A DNA stretch of 64,000 nt from contig JAFLDD010000001.1 in assembly GCA_017302575.1 (NCBI GenBank), forward strand, positions 862,629 through 926,628. Reading direction: 5' to 3'. A program made the translations under genes and the position numbers. Source of the DNA: Alphaproteobacteria bacterium. Lineage in GTDB: Bacteria; Pseudomonadota; Alphaproteobacteria; Rickettsiales; UBA3002. The notes below the pieces were generated by a model, which saw only the letters and a program-made list of their open reading frames with translations, made no database searches and was not told the DNA's origin. Within the stretch, counting starts at the first letter, position 1. Each line of letters opens with the position of its first letter. Positions 40,034-50,010 of the stretch are shown piece by piece.

Positions 40034-40942
40034 CTAGAACTTATTATAGCTGGGGCTGAGTAGGCGCAGCACACTGGCGCTTTGCGGCGCACCGCGCGAC
40101 GTAGCGGTTTCTGCTGTTTTTTCGGCCAGCAATTCCATTTGCTCACGCTTCTTCTTTTCTTTTTCCGTTTTCTCGCGGTCGATGCGCTGCGCAGTTTGTT
40201 GCGCATTGCTATTGGCAACGGCAGCCGCCATCATCGCAGCCGCTTTTTGCTGATCTTCCATCAAGCGGCGACGCGCATTCTCCAACTCAATGGCTTCGCG
40301 CTTCTCTTGTTCTTTTTCGTTTTTGATGAAGCTATCTTCAAGAGCAAGAATCTGCACGGTAACATCACGCATGATGGCACGCACGCGCTCGATTTGCGCA
40401 TCAATCACATAATAAGCAGCCAATGCTGGCACCGCTACCAACAAGCCGCCAACCGTGGTAATCAGCGCTTCCCAGATACCGCCTGCCAGCATGGATGGGT
40501 CAATGCGTGAACCCGCTTGCGAGAGTTTGCTGAAGGATGCAATCATCCCGATAACAGTACCCATCAGGCCCAGCAATGGCGCGATGGTGGAAACCACCTC
40601 GAGCGAGCGCATGTGGGATTCGAGATAGCGCAACTCACCTGCGCCAACACGGGCAATTTCAGCCTCGCGTGATTTGACGCTCATATCGCGGTTCATGATG
40701 CAATCTACCGACACACGCATGATACGTGCGACTGGTCCGCGTTCTTTTTCGAGGAGTTTGCTGGCATCGGTCATCTCGCCGCGCTTGACGAAAAGCATGA
40801 CTGGGTCGATGAAGCGCGTGTTGTAAACGTGCGCATTCACAAACTGGTAAGCCTTGTAAAACAGGATTGCGAGCGTGTAGACCGATAGGGCTACAATGAG
40901 GTACATGACCCATCCGCCCTTGACGAATATCAACTCAACCAT
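40034..40942 (-). CDS. exbB: MotA/TolQ/ExbB proton channel with long charged C-terminal tail
   Basis: ExbB core (PLLGLMGTVIGM...TTVGGL) followed by a K/E/Q-rich tail of about 100 aa. Confidence 0.85.
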   Translation of the reverse strand: MVELIFVKGGWVMYLIVALSVYTLAILFYKAYQFVNAHVYNTRFIDPVMLFVKRGEMTDASKLLEKERGPVARIMRVSVDCIMNRDMSVKSREAEIARVGAGELRYLESHMRSLEVVSTIAPLLGLMGTVIGMIASFSKLSQAGSRIDPSMLAGGIWEALITTVGGLLVAVPALAAYYVIDAQIERVRAIMRDVTVQILALEDSFIKNEKEQEKREAIELENARRRLMEDQQKAAAMMAAAVANSNAQQTAQRIDREKTEKEKKKREQMELLAEKTAETATSRGAPQSASVLRLLSPSYNKF

Positions 40943-41018
40943 ATGCTTTGCCGTTTTGTTTTATTATTGAACCCGCACGCTAGCGCAAATAGCGCCTAGA
41001 GTCGAGGACTCCGTTAGG

Positions 41019-41039
41019 TTTTCCACAGGCTGTGGATAG
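41019..41039. promoter_or_regulatory. Inverted pair of DnaA-box-like 9-mers (TTTTCCACA / CTATCCACA) forming the palindrome CCACAG-g-CTGTGG
   Basis: Read directly; 77-97 nt upstream of the exbB ATG. Confidence 0.3.
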
Positions 41040-41041
41040 GG

Positions 41042-41224
41042 CTATTTCGCCAAACTACGGGCTTCTTCAGGCAGCATAATGGGGATGCCGTCACGGATCG
41101 GGTACGCTAAACCCGCCGCATTGGAAATGAGCTCCTGCGCCTTTTCGTCATAGATCAATGTGCTCTTGCTGACGGGACAGACAAGTAATTCGAGTAAGGC
41201 GCTATCTGGTTTGGAGGTGTGCAT
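41042..41224 (-). CDS. Trm112/YcaR (UPF0434) family small protein
   Basis: [11 protein letters not shown]...[13 protein letters not shown] signature. Confidence 0.85.
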   Translation of the reverse strand: MHTSKPDSALLELLVCPVSKSTLIYDEKAQELISNAAGLAYPIRDGIPIMLPEEARSLAK

Positions 41225-41231
41225 GGATTTC

Positions 41232-41555
41232 CTAACTACGCAGCGTATAAACGACGAGAAGAACGAGTGCAATCATTGCAATCATGACCCATGGTGGGCC
41301 AGAGGTCACTTTCTCTTCTGTGATTTCACCCGTTTCGGGGTTTATGACCTGCTCGCGTGCTTCGCTATGATGAGCCGAATACTCAGAATAAGAGAGGCCA
41401 GTTCCAGGCAGGCCGCCCGTTGCACGGGTTCCCTTCTTGCCGATATTATAGGTAAGACCCTTGCCCCCAATCGTCAGGCTGCTGATACCATGTTTCGTGA
41501 TATTCAGCCTCAGTCCGGGCAGGATACGTACGCCTTTGCGGAAACGGAACCCCAT
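41232..41555 (-). CDS. DUF4236-like protein with C-terminal TM helix
   Basis: [23 protein letters not shown]... N-terminal repeat typical of DUF4236; AGGAG SD. Confidence 0.65.
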   Translation of the reverse strand: MGFRFRKGVRILPGLRLNITKHGISSLTIGGKGLTYNIGKKGTRATGGLPGTGLSYSEYSAHHSEAREQVINPETGEITEEKVTSGPPWVMIAMIALVLLVVYTLRS

Positions 41556-41650
41556 AAGCACTCCTTTAGCACAGCCTAATCGGCCAAGCGGCAGAGCGCA
41601 ATGCGATAATGCCCCTATAATCCCTTGATAAATCAATCTGTAAGAAGCGC

Positions 41651-41678
41651 TTGCAATTTCATTTTGCTTGCGTATGTT
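41651..41678 (+). promoter_or_regulatory. Putative sigma-70 promoter of tRNA-Gly (TTGCAA-N16-TATGTT)
   Basis: GCGC-TTGCAA context as at the tRNA-Lys promoter. Confidence 0.4.
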
Positions 41679-41694
41679 ACGCAGCCTCACGTGA

Positions 41695-41769
41695 GCGGGC
41701 GTAGCTCAGTGGTAGAGTGTCACCTTGCCAAGGTGAATGTCGAGAGTTCGAATCTCTTCGCCCGCTCCA
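41695..41769 (+). tRNA. tRNA-Gly (anticodon GCC), CCA encoded
   Basis: Acceptor GCGGGCG/CGCCCGC, anticodon arm TCACC-TTGCCAA-GGTGA, T-arm GAGAG-TTCGAAT-CTCTT. Confidence 0.93.
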
Positions 41770-41782
41770 TTTCTCCCCTTTT

Positions 41783-43150
41783 TTATCGACTCACTCTTAG
41801 ATTCGACAGCGAATCCCCAATTGCATTGAAAGCAGCACTCAGATCGGCAGCCGTGGGTGAATTGAAGAAATAGTCTGGATTGGTCGCACAATTTTCGAGC
41901 AAGGTTTCGATATTTGCACCTGGCGCATCGAATGCCACGGTATAGACCAATATACCCTGCGCTTTCATCGATTCGCAGACTTGTGCCAATCTATCATCCA
42001 ATCTGTCGGGTGCGACACTGGTGCTCGTCGTGCCTAGACGATTATCGGTGATATAACCGTAAGATGTTCGCGTCGTATTACCATAGACGTTTTCACCATC
42101 AGTCATGATGATTACGGCTTTGTTCATCAGCGGTGTATCGTAATCAAGTGGTAGAGCGTTTGCATCCATATCGCCCCCCCACAGACCGCGCCAACGAGGT
42201 GATAGCATACGCCAGCCCCATATAGCGCCGACATTCACGTGCGTATTACCATTGGTCGTAAGATTCGTAATTGCATTATCCAATGTTGTTCGGTTGGTGG
42301 TCATCGGAACCAGCGGGTTCAGCGTACAATGCTTGTTGGGACCTTTGCTATAACCGATACCCGAACGCAAGCTACCACCATTGGTAAGCCAGTCATTGGC
42401 GTAGTTGCCGCTATTCACATCGGGCCAGAAGAACGCTCGGAAGGCTTCTACCGATGGCGGGTCGTCCGTCACATCACGATTATTGAAGCGCTCCTCCACA
42501 CAACCTGCCCATGTTACGCCTCGCCAATTCAGGGTTGCCCAATGGGTCGCATCGCGCCATGCGGTGCGCGTATTGCCGACATTCACGTTCTGCGAGAAGG
42601 GTACAATACCGACATATAAGTCCTCTGGATTTTCTTCCTCCCCATAGAGAATGCCGATGAGATCATGGGCAGCATCTTTCAATGCATCAATCTTGGTACA
42701 AGGGGAACACATCGAACCGGTCGTATCGACTACTAGCACGACCTCCAGCCCTTTGGTCTGGCGCGTAATCTCCGAGGTGGCGCGTACCGTAATCGTATCA
42801 AACCCCATCACCTGCATAATACGTACAGGCACCACCGCCTCGGCACTGAGTGAAATCACTGTATTGTCGTCATTGACGGTTGCGACAAGCTCCGTGACTT
42901 CGGAACCCAGATAGTCGTCTGGGAAATTCGCATCGAAATATTTTTGCACCTCGGCTTGTACATCTTGTGTGTTGATATTCGATCCTGCTGCTAGTCCTGC
43001 CGCATCCAGCGCGCTTGATAGTTTGGACTGCACCAGTTGTGCGCGCCCTGTATCAACGGCTGCACCTGTCATACCTACCAGCGCAATGATGCTGACGGCC
43101 ATCAGTGGCATCACCGCACCTGCTCTGTTATTCCACCATTGTTTACGCAT
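41783..43150 (-). CDS. TadG-like pilus-associated protein with vWA domain
   Basis: TadE/G-like N-terminus (GAVMPLMAVSIIALVGMTGAAVD), MIDAS VVDTTGSM. Confidence 0.8.
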   Translation of the reverse strand: MRKQWWNNRAGAVMPLMAVSIIALVGMTGAAVDTGRAQLVQSKLSSALDAAGLAAGSNINTQDVQAEVQKYFDANFPDDYLGSEVTELVATVNDDNTVISLSAEAVVPVRIMQVMGFDTITVRATSEITRQTKGLEVVLVVDTTGSMCSPCTKIDALKDAAHDLIGILYGEEENPEDLYVGIVPFSQNVNVGNTRTAWRDATHWATLNWRGVTWAGCVEERFNNRDVTDDPPSVEAFRAFFWPDVNSGNYANDWLTNGGSLRSGIGYSKGPNKHCTLNPLVPMTTNRTTLDNAITNLTTNGNTHVNVGAIWGWRMLSPRWRGLWGGDMDANALPLDYDTPLMNKAVIIMTDGENVYGNTTRTSYGYITDNRLGTTSTSVAPDRLDDRLAQVCESMKAQGILVYTVAFDAPGANIETLLENCATNPDYFFNSPTAADLSAAFNAIGDSLSNLRVSR

Positions 43151-43161
43151 AAACGATCTCC

Positions 43162-43722
43162 CTATTGGGGTGCGGTCGTGAGTGCACCTAATCGCGGCTT
43201 GAATACGGCCGTTTTGTAAATATCTGTCTCTTCATATAAACCATTGGCTGCAAACATCGGTGTGTAGCGATAGAATACTTCCGCTACGATGACGTTATCG
43301 CGCTCGTTGATGATGAGGCCTTCAGGTAATACCGCCGTAACGCCCACTGCCAAGCCAACACGACTTTCGGCCTCGAGCGATCCACCGCCCTCATATTGCC
43401 AACGAATGCGTTGTACATCGCCAGGGTCGCGCTCAACAGAGGTTACGATCACCACGCCATTCTCGGCGAATTCAAATGGGTCCATCACCTGTGAAGCAGC
43501 AAGTAAATATTCGTCCATTTGGTCGGCGGTCAAAACCGTTGCCTGCGAGGTAACGTCGGCCGTGATATAGGCAACTTTCTCGACTTTCTGATTCACAAGC
43601 ACGGCGCGTGACAACTCAAATCCTCCCAACAGCAATATCATAAAAAAGCCCGAAGCAATCGCAAACTCGGTGACGGCTATCCCCGACTCATTACGCAAAA
43701 ACTGTGTGCGAAATCCCATCAA
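43162..43722 (-). CDS. TadE-like pseudopilin
   Basis: ESGIAVTEFAIASGFFMILLL TadE signature. Confidence 0.8.
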   Translation of the reverse strand: MMGFRTQFLRNESGIAVTEFAIASGFFMILLLGGFELSRAVLVNQKVEKVAYITADVTSQATVLTADQMDEYLLAASQVMDPFEFAENGVVIVTSVERDPGDVQRIRWQYEGGGSLEAESRVGLAVGVTAVLPEGLIINERDNVIVAEVFYRYTPMFAANGLYEETDIYKTAVFKPRLGALTTAPQ

Positions 43723-44303
43723 AATGGCTCATTCCTAACAACAGCCCGCGCGGTAAGCACAATGACGGGGTCTTCATCTGGATCCAACTCATCATTGCCG
43801 AAAAACGCACCTGCCATCGGTGTTAATAAGGTCCATGGATATTGTACGGTGTAGACAACGACATCGCCCGCATTCCCTAAACCTGCGGCACCCATATCCG
43901 CGTCCCACTGTCCATTACCATTGGAATCAATATAAGGCTCTGCACCATCTTTAGTGCCGTTACCGTTACTATCCGTGTAGGGTTCAGGTTGGTTGATATC
44001 GCCGAAGCCACCACCATATGCCATCGAATCGATCTCGATCAATTCTGCATCCAACAAACCACCTGCCCGCTCATCGATCATCGCACGGATGGTTTCTTCG
44101 CGCGTTGCACCTTCCGTTGCGAATCCTGTCTTTCCCAAACGCGATGCATTGAAGGTCGCGCTTTCGATAATGTTTTGCACGAACATCATCATCGCTGCTT
44201 CAATGACACCCATCACGAACAATGACAGTACAGGCGCCACGAACGCGAATTCGAGCGCGGTCACGCCGTCATCGTTCTTACGAAACTGCTTCAGAAAGCG
44301 CAT
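43719..44303 (-). CDS. TadE/TadF-like pseudopilin with DSNGNG repeats
   Basis: DDGVTALEFAFVAPVL signature; two DSNGNGxxD Ca-binding-like repeats. Confidence 0.8.
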   Translation of the reverse strand: MRFLKQFRKNDDGVTALEFAFVAPVLSLFVMGVIEAAMMMFVQNIIESATFNASRLGKTGFATEGATREETIRAMIDERAGGLLDAELIEIDSMAYGGGFGDINQPEPYTDSNGNGTKDGAEPYIDSNGNGQWDADMGAAGLGNAGDVVVYTVQYPWTLLTPMAGAFFGNDELDPDEDPVIVLTARAVVRNEPF

Positions 44304-44479
44304 GATTCACCTCACGCTATAGTATAGAGAAGTGGGCCGCTTACGTCACGCAAAATCATTTCCAATTCATTGATATTGATGGATATTTTAATGGTGTTTC
44401 GCTCAAATTGTACCTATTTTGCACGCTTGTTTTCTACGTTCAATGTCGTTAGGTTATAGGACATTCACACGAGGTTATT

Positions 44480-45316
44480 ATGCGCGCACATCTTCGTTTA
44501 CTCTGCACCGTCTCACTTTTAGCGCTTGCTGCCTGCGACGGTACGATGGAAACCACCAAGGGGCCTGTTGACCCTGCAACACTTGGGCCACTCCCTGCAC
44601 GCGAACTGCTCGCTATTGAATCTGGCAATCAATCCCTGCGTGCTGGCCAGACCGCACAAGCAGAAGCCTCTTACCGCAGCGCCATCGCACTCTCCAAAGG
44701 ACATGTTGATGCGCATATCATGCTGGCACGACTACTTGCCAATCAAGGGCGTGCAGCCGAGGCACAAAAGATCGTGCAAGAAGGCCTAAGCTGGCAACCT
44801 GAGCAGCCAGACCTGAACTTGATGCTGGGTAAATATTTATTGTCGCAAGGTTATTATACCGAAGCACAGCGCGTCTTCGAAAATGGCCTGATCGCCATGC
44901 CGCGCAATATTGATTTGCTGGCGGGCAAAGGGATCGCCATGGACATGCAGGGTGACCATATTGGTGCACAACTCGCTTACAAGGAAGCGCTGACCTATAA
45001 TCCACGCGAGCAAGCAAGCTTCGTGCAGAATAATCTGGGGCTTTCCTATTTGTTTAATAACGAAGCAAAAGAAGCGGTGAGCTTGCTTGAGCCACTCGCT
45101 AAGGAGAAAGACGCCTCGGCGGTGACGATACATAATCTTGCGCTGGCCTATACGTTGCTGAAAGAAGAGAAGAAGGCACAAGAAATCCTTGGTGACGACT
45201 ATGATGCAGATAAGCAAAAAGAAGCGCTTGAGAGCTTAGAAGCATACTACGCTGCCAAGAAAAAAGGCGATGAAGCAGCAACGCCACCAAGCTTGCCTGT
45301 TCAAGCGAGCGAGTAG
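44480..45316 (+). CDS. TadD-like TPR lipoprotein
   Basis: Lipobox LLALAAC; TPR repeats; embedded in the tad locus. Confidence 0.7.
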   Translation: MRAHLRLLCTVSLLALAACDGTMETTKGPVDPATLGPLPARELLAIESGNQSLRAGQTAQAEASYRSAIALSKGHVDAHIMLARLLANQGRAAEAQKIVQEGLSWQPEQPDLNLMLGKYLLSQGYYTEAQRVFENGLIAMPRNIDLLAGKGIAMDMQGDHIGAQLAYKEALTYNPREQASFVQNNLGLSYLFNNEAKEAVSLLEPLAKEKDASAVTIHNLALAYTLLKEEKKAQEILGDDYDADKQKEALESLEAYYAAKKKGDEAATPPSLPVQASE

Positions 45317-45416
45317 TACAAATCCCGTTAGATGAAGCCAGCAGGCTGAATCAGCCTTGAGCCAGCGAAGCTGCGCGAAGGCGAGCACGGCGTGTGCGAG
45401 GCCGAAGCGTTACATG

Positions 45417-46424
45417 CTATTTACTCGTTGTATCCAGCACGCTGATAATGGCCGGAGCCATTACAATCACGAAGAGTGTTGGTAGAATAAATACGATCAT
45501 GGGCACGGTCATCATCGCGGGGAGTCGTGCTGCTTTTTGTTCAGCACGCAACATGCGCTCGGTGCGGAATTCTTTGGAGAGCACACGCAATGCTTGCGAG
45601 ATAGGCGTACCGTATTTATCGGTCTGCACAATCACGTTCACGAACCCTCGAATTTCTTGCAAATCCACACGATCAGCGAGGTTCTTAAGCGCCACTTGCC
45701 TGTCGGGCAGGAATCCCAACTCCACCGAAGTGAGGCTTAACTCCTCAGCAATTTCGGGATAGGTTCGGCCAAGCTCTTTGGAAACGCGATCCAAAGCTGC
45801 GGCCAAGCTTAAGCCAGCCTCGGCACAAATCATCATCAAATCCAGTGCGTCGGGTAAGCCTTTTTGAATCGCGTGATAACGTTTGTCGCGCTTGTTGCGA
45901 ATAATAATGTCGGGCAGCGATGAACCGAAATACGCAACCCCTAGCACGATAAGCCACTTCCACGCTTTCTTGGCTTCAAAGGGTGCTGCCCAGTCAATTT
46001 TAGCGAGAATCAGACCCAGTGCCAATGCTGCAAAAGGCGCAACCAGTTTGGCGAAAGCATAAATAATCACAGCATCTTTGCTACGGAATCCCGCACGCGT
46101 CATGCGTTTTTGCAACTCGCCCATTTGGTGCTGCTGCGTCAACTTCAACTGCGATACGACATTGCGGATAAACTCCATGCCGCTTTGTGATTTCACTTTT
46201 TTACGGCGCGTTGGGCCTATCAACCCTGATTTCAATTCCGCACGGCGTTCAGCGATTGCTTTGAGGCGCGGTGCCATGCGATCACGATCAATGAATAGCT
46301 GACCGATGGAGTATACCAGCAAGAATACCGTACCCATTGCGGTGACAAGCAGCACATCGTCTAAGGTTATCCCAAGGGGCAATAACGCTTCGATATTGAG
46401 TGGCTGTCCTGCTTGGTTGCTCAT
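45417..46424 (-). CDS. tadC: Tad pilus inner-membrane platform protein TadC (T2SS F family)
   Basis: GspF-like domain, C-terminal TM pair. Confidence 0.85.
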   Translation of the reverse strand: MSNQAGQPLNIEALLPLGITLDDVLLVTAMGTVFLLVYSIGQLFIDRDRMAPRLKAIAERRAELKSGLIGPTRRKKVKSQSGMEFIRNVVSQLKLTQQHQMGELQKRMTRAGFRSKDAVIIYAFAKLVAPFAALALGLILAKIDWAAPFEAKKAWKWLIVLGVAYFGSSLPDIIIRNKRDKRYHAIQKGLPDALDLMMICAEAGLSLAAALDRVSKELGRTYPEIAEELSLTSVELGFLPDRQVALKNLADRVDLQEIRGFVNVIVQTDKYGTPISQALRVLSKEFRTERMLRAEQKAARLPAMMTVPMIVFILPTLFVIVMAPAIISVLDTTSK

Positions 46425-47374
46425 ATTTCAAACTGCGTCATCTTACGCATGACGAACGCCCCCATAGCCATACTACATGCTGCACCAAGTGCTGACAGGT
46501 TGCCGCGATAATCCGTGTACAGCACCTTGATATAATCCGGCGAAACAATCGCCAGCATAATGAGAACGAAGAACGGCAAGGCGCCAACGATAAAACCAGA
46601 AGCCTTGGCTTCCGATGAGAGCGCTTTAATTTTGAGTTTCATCATAGCGCGGGCACGCAAAATTTCTGAGAGGTTACTCAGAATCTCGCCGAGGTTACCC
46701 CCCGTTTCACGCTGCAAGATAATGGTCGTCACGAAGAAGTTAAACTCGGTAAGCCCCAGTTTCGTCGCCACATCAGTCAGTGCCTTTTCAACGGGCACAC
46801 CCAGTGCGATTTGCTGGGCAATCGTGCCGAATACGGGTCCCACAGGTTGGCCAATCTCGCGTGAGACGATTTGCATCGACTCACTCACTGGCAAACCTGC
46901 GCGCAAACCCCGTACAATCAAATCAATCGCATCAGGGAACAGTTTAATGAATTCGATTTTGCGCTTCGCAAGCTTTTTGCCAACAATCATGTGCGGAAAG
47001 CCAATCCCGACAATCAGCCCGATGAGCAAGCCCAGAAGGATTTTCTTTTTAAGAATGATAACCAGCAGCGCCACTACAATCACGATAATCAGATTCATCA
47101 TCAAATAGCGCTTCGGCGTCATCTGCATGCCTGCGGTTTGCAGGCGCTCTGCGAGTGTTTCGAGATTCAGCTTTTTGACTTCACCAATGAATGGAAGCTT
47201 TGAATCCACTGCTTTACGACGCAAGCTTGATTGCCCCGACGTGCTTAGGGTGCTGGTGGCTGGCGTGCGCCCAACTACGCGTGCCATGCGAGCATTGCGT
47301 TTCTTGGCGCTGCCATCCGAGAAGGCGAACACTACGAGTAGCGCACCTAAAATCCCTGTGATTAAATACAGCAT
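46421..47374 (-). CDS. tadB: Tad pilus inner-membrane platform protein TadB
   Basis: GspF-like domain; overlaps tadC. Confidence 0.85.
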   Translation of the reverse strand: MLYLITGILGALLVVFAFSDGSAKKRNARMARVVGRTPATSTLSTSGQSSLRRKAVDSKLPFIGEVKKLNLETLAERLQTAGMQMTPKRYLMMNLIIVIVVALLVIILKKKILLGLLIGLIVGIGFPHMIVGKKLAKRKIEFIKLFPDAIDLIVRGLRAGLPVSESMQIVSREIGQPVGPVFGTIAQQIALGVPVEKALTDVATKLGLTEFNFFVTTIILQRETGGNLGEILSNLSEILRARAMMKLKIKALSSEAKASGFIVGALPFFVLIMLAIVSPDYIKVLYTDYRGNLSALGAACSMAMGAFVMRKMTQFEI

Positions 47375-47376
47375 GA

Positions 47377-48804
47377 TTACATCGCATCCAGCAGCGCTTT
47401 TTCGAGTCCGAAATAGGCTGCTTGTTTACAGAAATTGGGGCGTAATCCCGTGGATTTGAATTCACCAATCAGCTTGCCGTTAGCGTCTTCGCCTTGGAAT
47501 ACGTAGGTGTAGAGGTCTTGTGTAATCACCACCTCACCTTCCATCCCCACTACTTCTGTGACGTGCGTGATGCGGCGCATACCGTCACGCATACGCTGAA
47601 TCTGGACAATGAGCTGCACAGCAGAAGCAATCTGATGTCGTATGGCGCTCGATGGCAACTTGGTACCCGCCATGTTCACCATGTTCTCCAAACGCGTCAG
47701 CGCCTCACGCGGGTTATTGGCGTGGAGCGTTCCAAGCGAACCGTCGTGACCTGTGTTCATCGCTTGTAGTAAGTCGAGCGCCTCGCCACCGCGTACCTCA
47801 CCAAGGATAATGCGGTCAGGACGCATACGCAGCGCGTTTTTCACGAGGTCGCGCATGTTGATTTCACCACCACCCTCAAGGTTGGCTGGGCGTGTTTCAA
47901 GTGGCACGACGTGTGGCTGCTGTAATTGCAACTCTGCCGCATCCTCGATCGTTACGACGCGCTCGCCATGGTCAATCATGCGGCTGAGTGCGTTGAGTAA
48001 CGTGGTCTTACCCGAACCCGTACCGCCCGATACGATGATGTTGAGACGGCATGCGCCAGCAATCTTAAGGACCGTACAGAGATTTGGAGAAATATTGCCC
48101 TGCTGCGCCATGATATCGAGCGTGATTTTCTTTTTAGAGAATTTACGAATCGAAATACTACAGCCTTTAAGTGATAATGGCGTAGCAATGACGTTTACGC
48201 GTGAACCGTCTTTTAGGCGCGCATCGCATATTGGGCTTGATTCATCGACACGACGACCAACCGCTGTAACGATACGCTGCGCAATGTTCATGACGTGTTC
48301 ATTGTCGCGGAATTGAATGTCGGTCAGCTCCAACTTACCCTTGCGCTCGACATAAATTTGCTGTGGTCCATTCACCATAATATCCGTCACTGCTTCGTCT
48401 TTTAGCAGTGGCTCAAGCGGCCCTAGGCCAATCATGTCGTCCACGATTTGGTTGGCGAGTACGTGCTGCTCTGCCTGGTTGATGGCGAGTTTCTTCTCCA
48501 TCACGATTTCACCAATCAGGTCGGTAATCTGGCGACGCAATTCCTCTGCCTTAAGGCGCGAAGCGGTAGGCAGGTCAATCTGCTCCATCAAGGTGTTGTA
48601 GATAAGCTCTTTGGTTTTCTGCAATTCATCGTCAAGCTGCGGCGCATCCTTTGATACGGCCGTCATGTTCGGGTCACGCTCACTCAAACGCTCGTTAGTT
48701 GGTGCGGGCGCCGAGGTTGCTGCGGCTTCGGCGGGAACTGCTGGCGGCGTAGCAGCACTGGCAGGGCTAGCAACAGGGATATTCCTGCGTCCAAAACCTG
48801 ACAT
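47377..48804 (-). CDS. cpaF: Tad/Cpa pilus secretion ATPase CpaF/TadA
   Basis: Walker A GGTGSGKTT, Asp/His boxes, VirB11-like family. Confidence 0.93.
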   Translation of the reverse strand: MSGFGRRNIPVASPASAATPPAVPAEAAATSAPAPTNERLSERDPNMTAVSKDAPQLDDELQKTKELIYNTLMEQIDLPTASRLKAEELRRQITDLIGEIVMEKKLAINQAEQHVLANQIVDDMIGLGPLEPLLKDEAVTDIMVNGPQQIYVERKGKLELTDIQFRDNEHVMNIAQRIVTAVGRRVDESSPICDARLKDGSRVNVIATPLSLKGCSISIRKFSKKKITLDIMAQQGNISPNLCTVLKIAGACRLNIIVSGGTGSGKTTLLNALSRMIDHGERVVTIEDAAELQLQQPHVVPLETRPANLEGGGEINMRDLVKNALRMRPDRIILGEVRGGEALDLLQAMNTGHDGSLGTLHANNPREALTRLENMVNMAGTKLPSSAIRHQIASAVQLIVQIQRMRDGMRRITHVTEVVGMEGEVVITQDLYTYVFQGEDANGKLIGEFKSTGLRPNFCKQAAYFGLEKALLDAM

Positions 48805-48807
48805 GGC

Positions 48808-49986
48808 CTACGCTTTCTTGGGTGCGAATAGCCCACCCAACAATGGCTTGGCTTGAGGCTTTGCGCCATCTGCTGGTTTTTTTGCACCCACAATGAGCTG
48901 CACCACCGCATGAAGTGCCTTTTGTACATCAACATGCTTAACAGCTTTGGCTGCTAATTCACCTTGCGTTGCGGCGACAAAAATATCTGCTGTGAAGGGA
49001 ACATGGGCACTTATTTTTGTGCCAATATGCTTTTCAAAATCCGCTAATTTCAATTCGTGTTTGCCGTACATGCCTTCGCGATTACTAATGATTTTTGGCG
49101 CGGGGCGATGCAGTTGTTCCACCACATAGTCCTTGATACGCAGCGCGTCACGCAAGCTACCCAATGATAATTCGCTGACGATGATCACCTCATCTGCGGC
49201 CAGTAGCACGGCGCGGGTGAGCGGTGTCATCACGTGCGGCAAATCAACCAGTATCACTTCAAATTTCTCTCGCATCACCAGCAGCAGTTTCTCGGCGGCG
49301 TTGGCATCATGCGGCGTTGCCTCATGCAGAGGCTCTTCGGCGCTCAGCAAATAGAGGTTATCGACATACTTGGTCATCACACGATCGAGGAACAGTCCGT
49401 CGATACGGTCTGGTTTTTCAAGCGCGTCCTGCAAGCCACGGCTTGGCTCGATATCATGGGTGAGTGCTAGCGCACCAAAGTGCAAATCGAGGTCAATAAT
49501 AGCGGTTGGCTTCTTTTGCTCAGTGGCGATGATATAGCCCGTATTCGCAACAATAGTTGTTGCACCTACGCCGCCACGCGCACCAATGAATGCGACCACC
49601 TTGGATGGTTTCTTAGCCTCAGATTTATCGCCGCGCGCTGGCGCTTCCTTAAGAATTTCCTGCAATTGTGCGGCGGTGAACGGCTCAAGCAAATAGCCAT
49701 GCACGCCAATATCTTTGAGCCATTGATAAAAACGGAACGTGTCAATTTTTCCAGTAATCACCACTTTCGTTTCTGGCGCCACGACATCGGCCAATTGGTC
49801 GAGCATCGCTGGTGCGGCGTCGGCAGAAGGCACTTCGACGATCAAAAAGTCGGGTGAGGGATTTTCTTTTAGATACCCTACGGCATCCACTGCGCCGCCC
49901 TGAATCACCTTGGACGGCAGGGTGCTGAAGGCCTGCGCACACGCGTCTTTGCTGGGGCCATCGGTAAGAAACGCTATTACTTTCAT
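48808..49986 (-). CDS. cpaE: CpaE/TadZ (receiver-like N-domain plus ParA/MinD-type ATPase)
   Basis: Deviant Walker A GARGGVGATT. Confidence 0.85.
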   Translation of the reverse strand: MKVIAFLTDGPSKDACAQAFSTLPSKVIQGGAVDAVGYLKENPSPDFLIVEVPSADAAPAMLDQLADVVAPETKVVITGKIDTFRFYQWLKDIGVHGYLLEPFTAAQLQEILKEAPARGDKSEAKKPSKVVAFIGARGGVGATTIVANTGYIIATEQKKPTAIIDLDLHFGALALTHDIEPSRGLQDALEKPDRIDGLFLDRVMTKYVDNLYLLSAEEPLHEATPHDANAAEKLLLVMREKFEVILVDLPHVMTPLTRAVLLAADEVIIVSELSLGSLRDALRIKDYVVEQLHRPAPKIISNREGMYGKHELKLADFEKHIGTKISAHVPFTADIFVAATQGELAAKAVKHVDVQKALHAVVQLIVGAKKPADGAKPQAKPLLGGLFAPKKA

Positions 49987-50010
49987 GGTCGCCTATCGTT
50001 TGTTTAGTCG

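Noticed and set aside
44345-44385. TCAy-periodic sequence (ACGTCAC...AAATCAT-TTCC-AATTCAT) upstream of tadD
   Set aside because: There is no -10 element at the 19/22-nt spacing, and it lies more than 100 nt from the tadD start. It is likely chance.
45317-45416. GC-rich spacer between convergent tadD and tadC with repeated cgaagc/gccagc words
   Set aside because: I could not fold it into a convincing terminator or a repeat with a second copy in the window.
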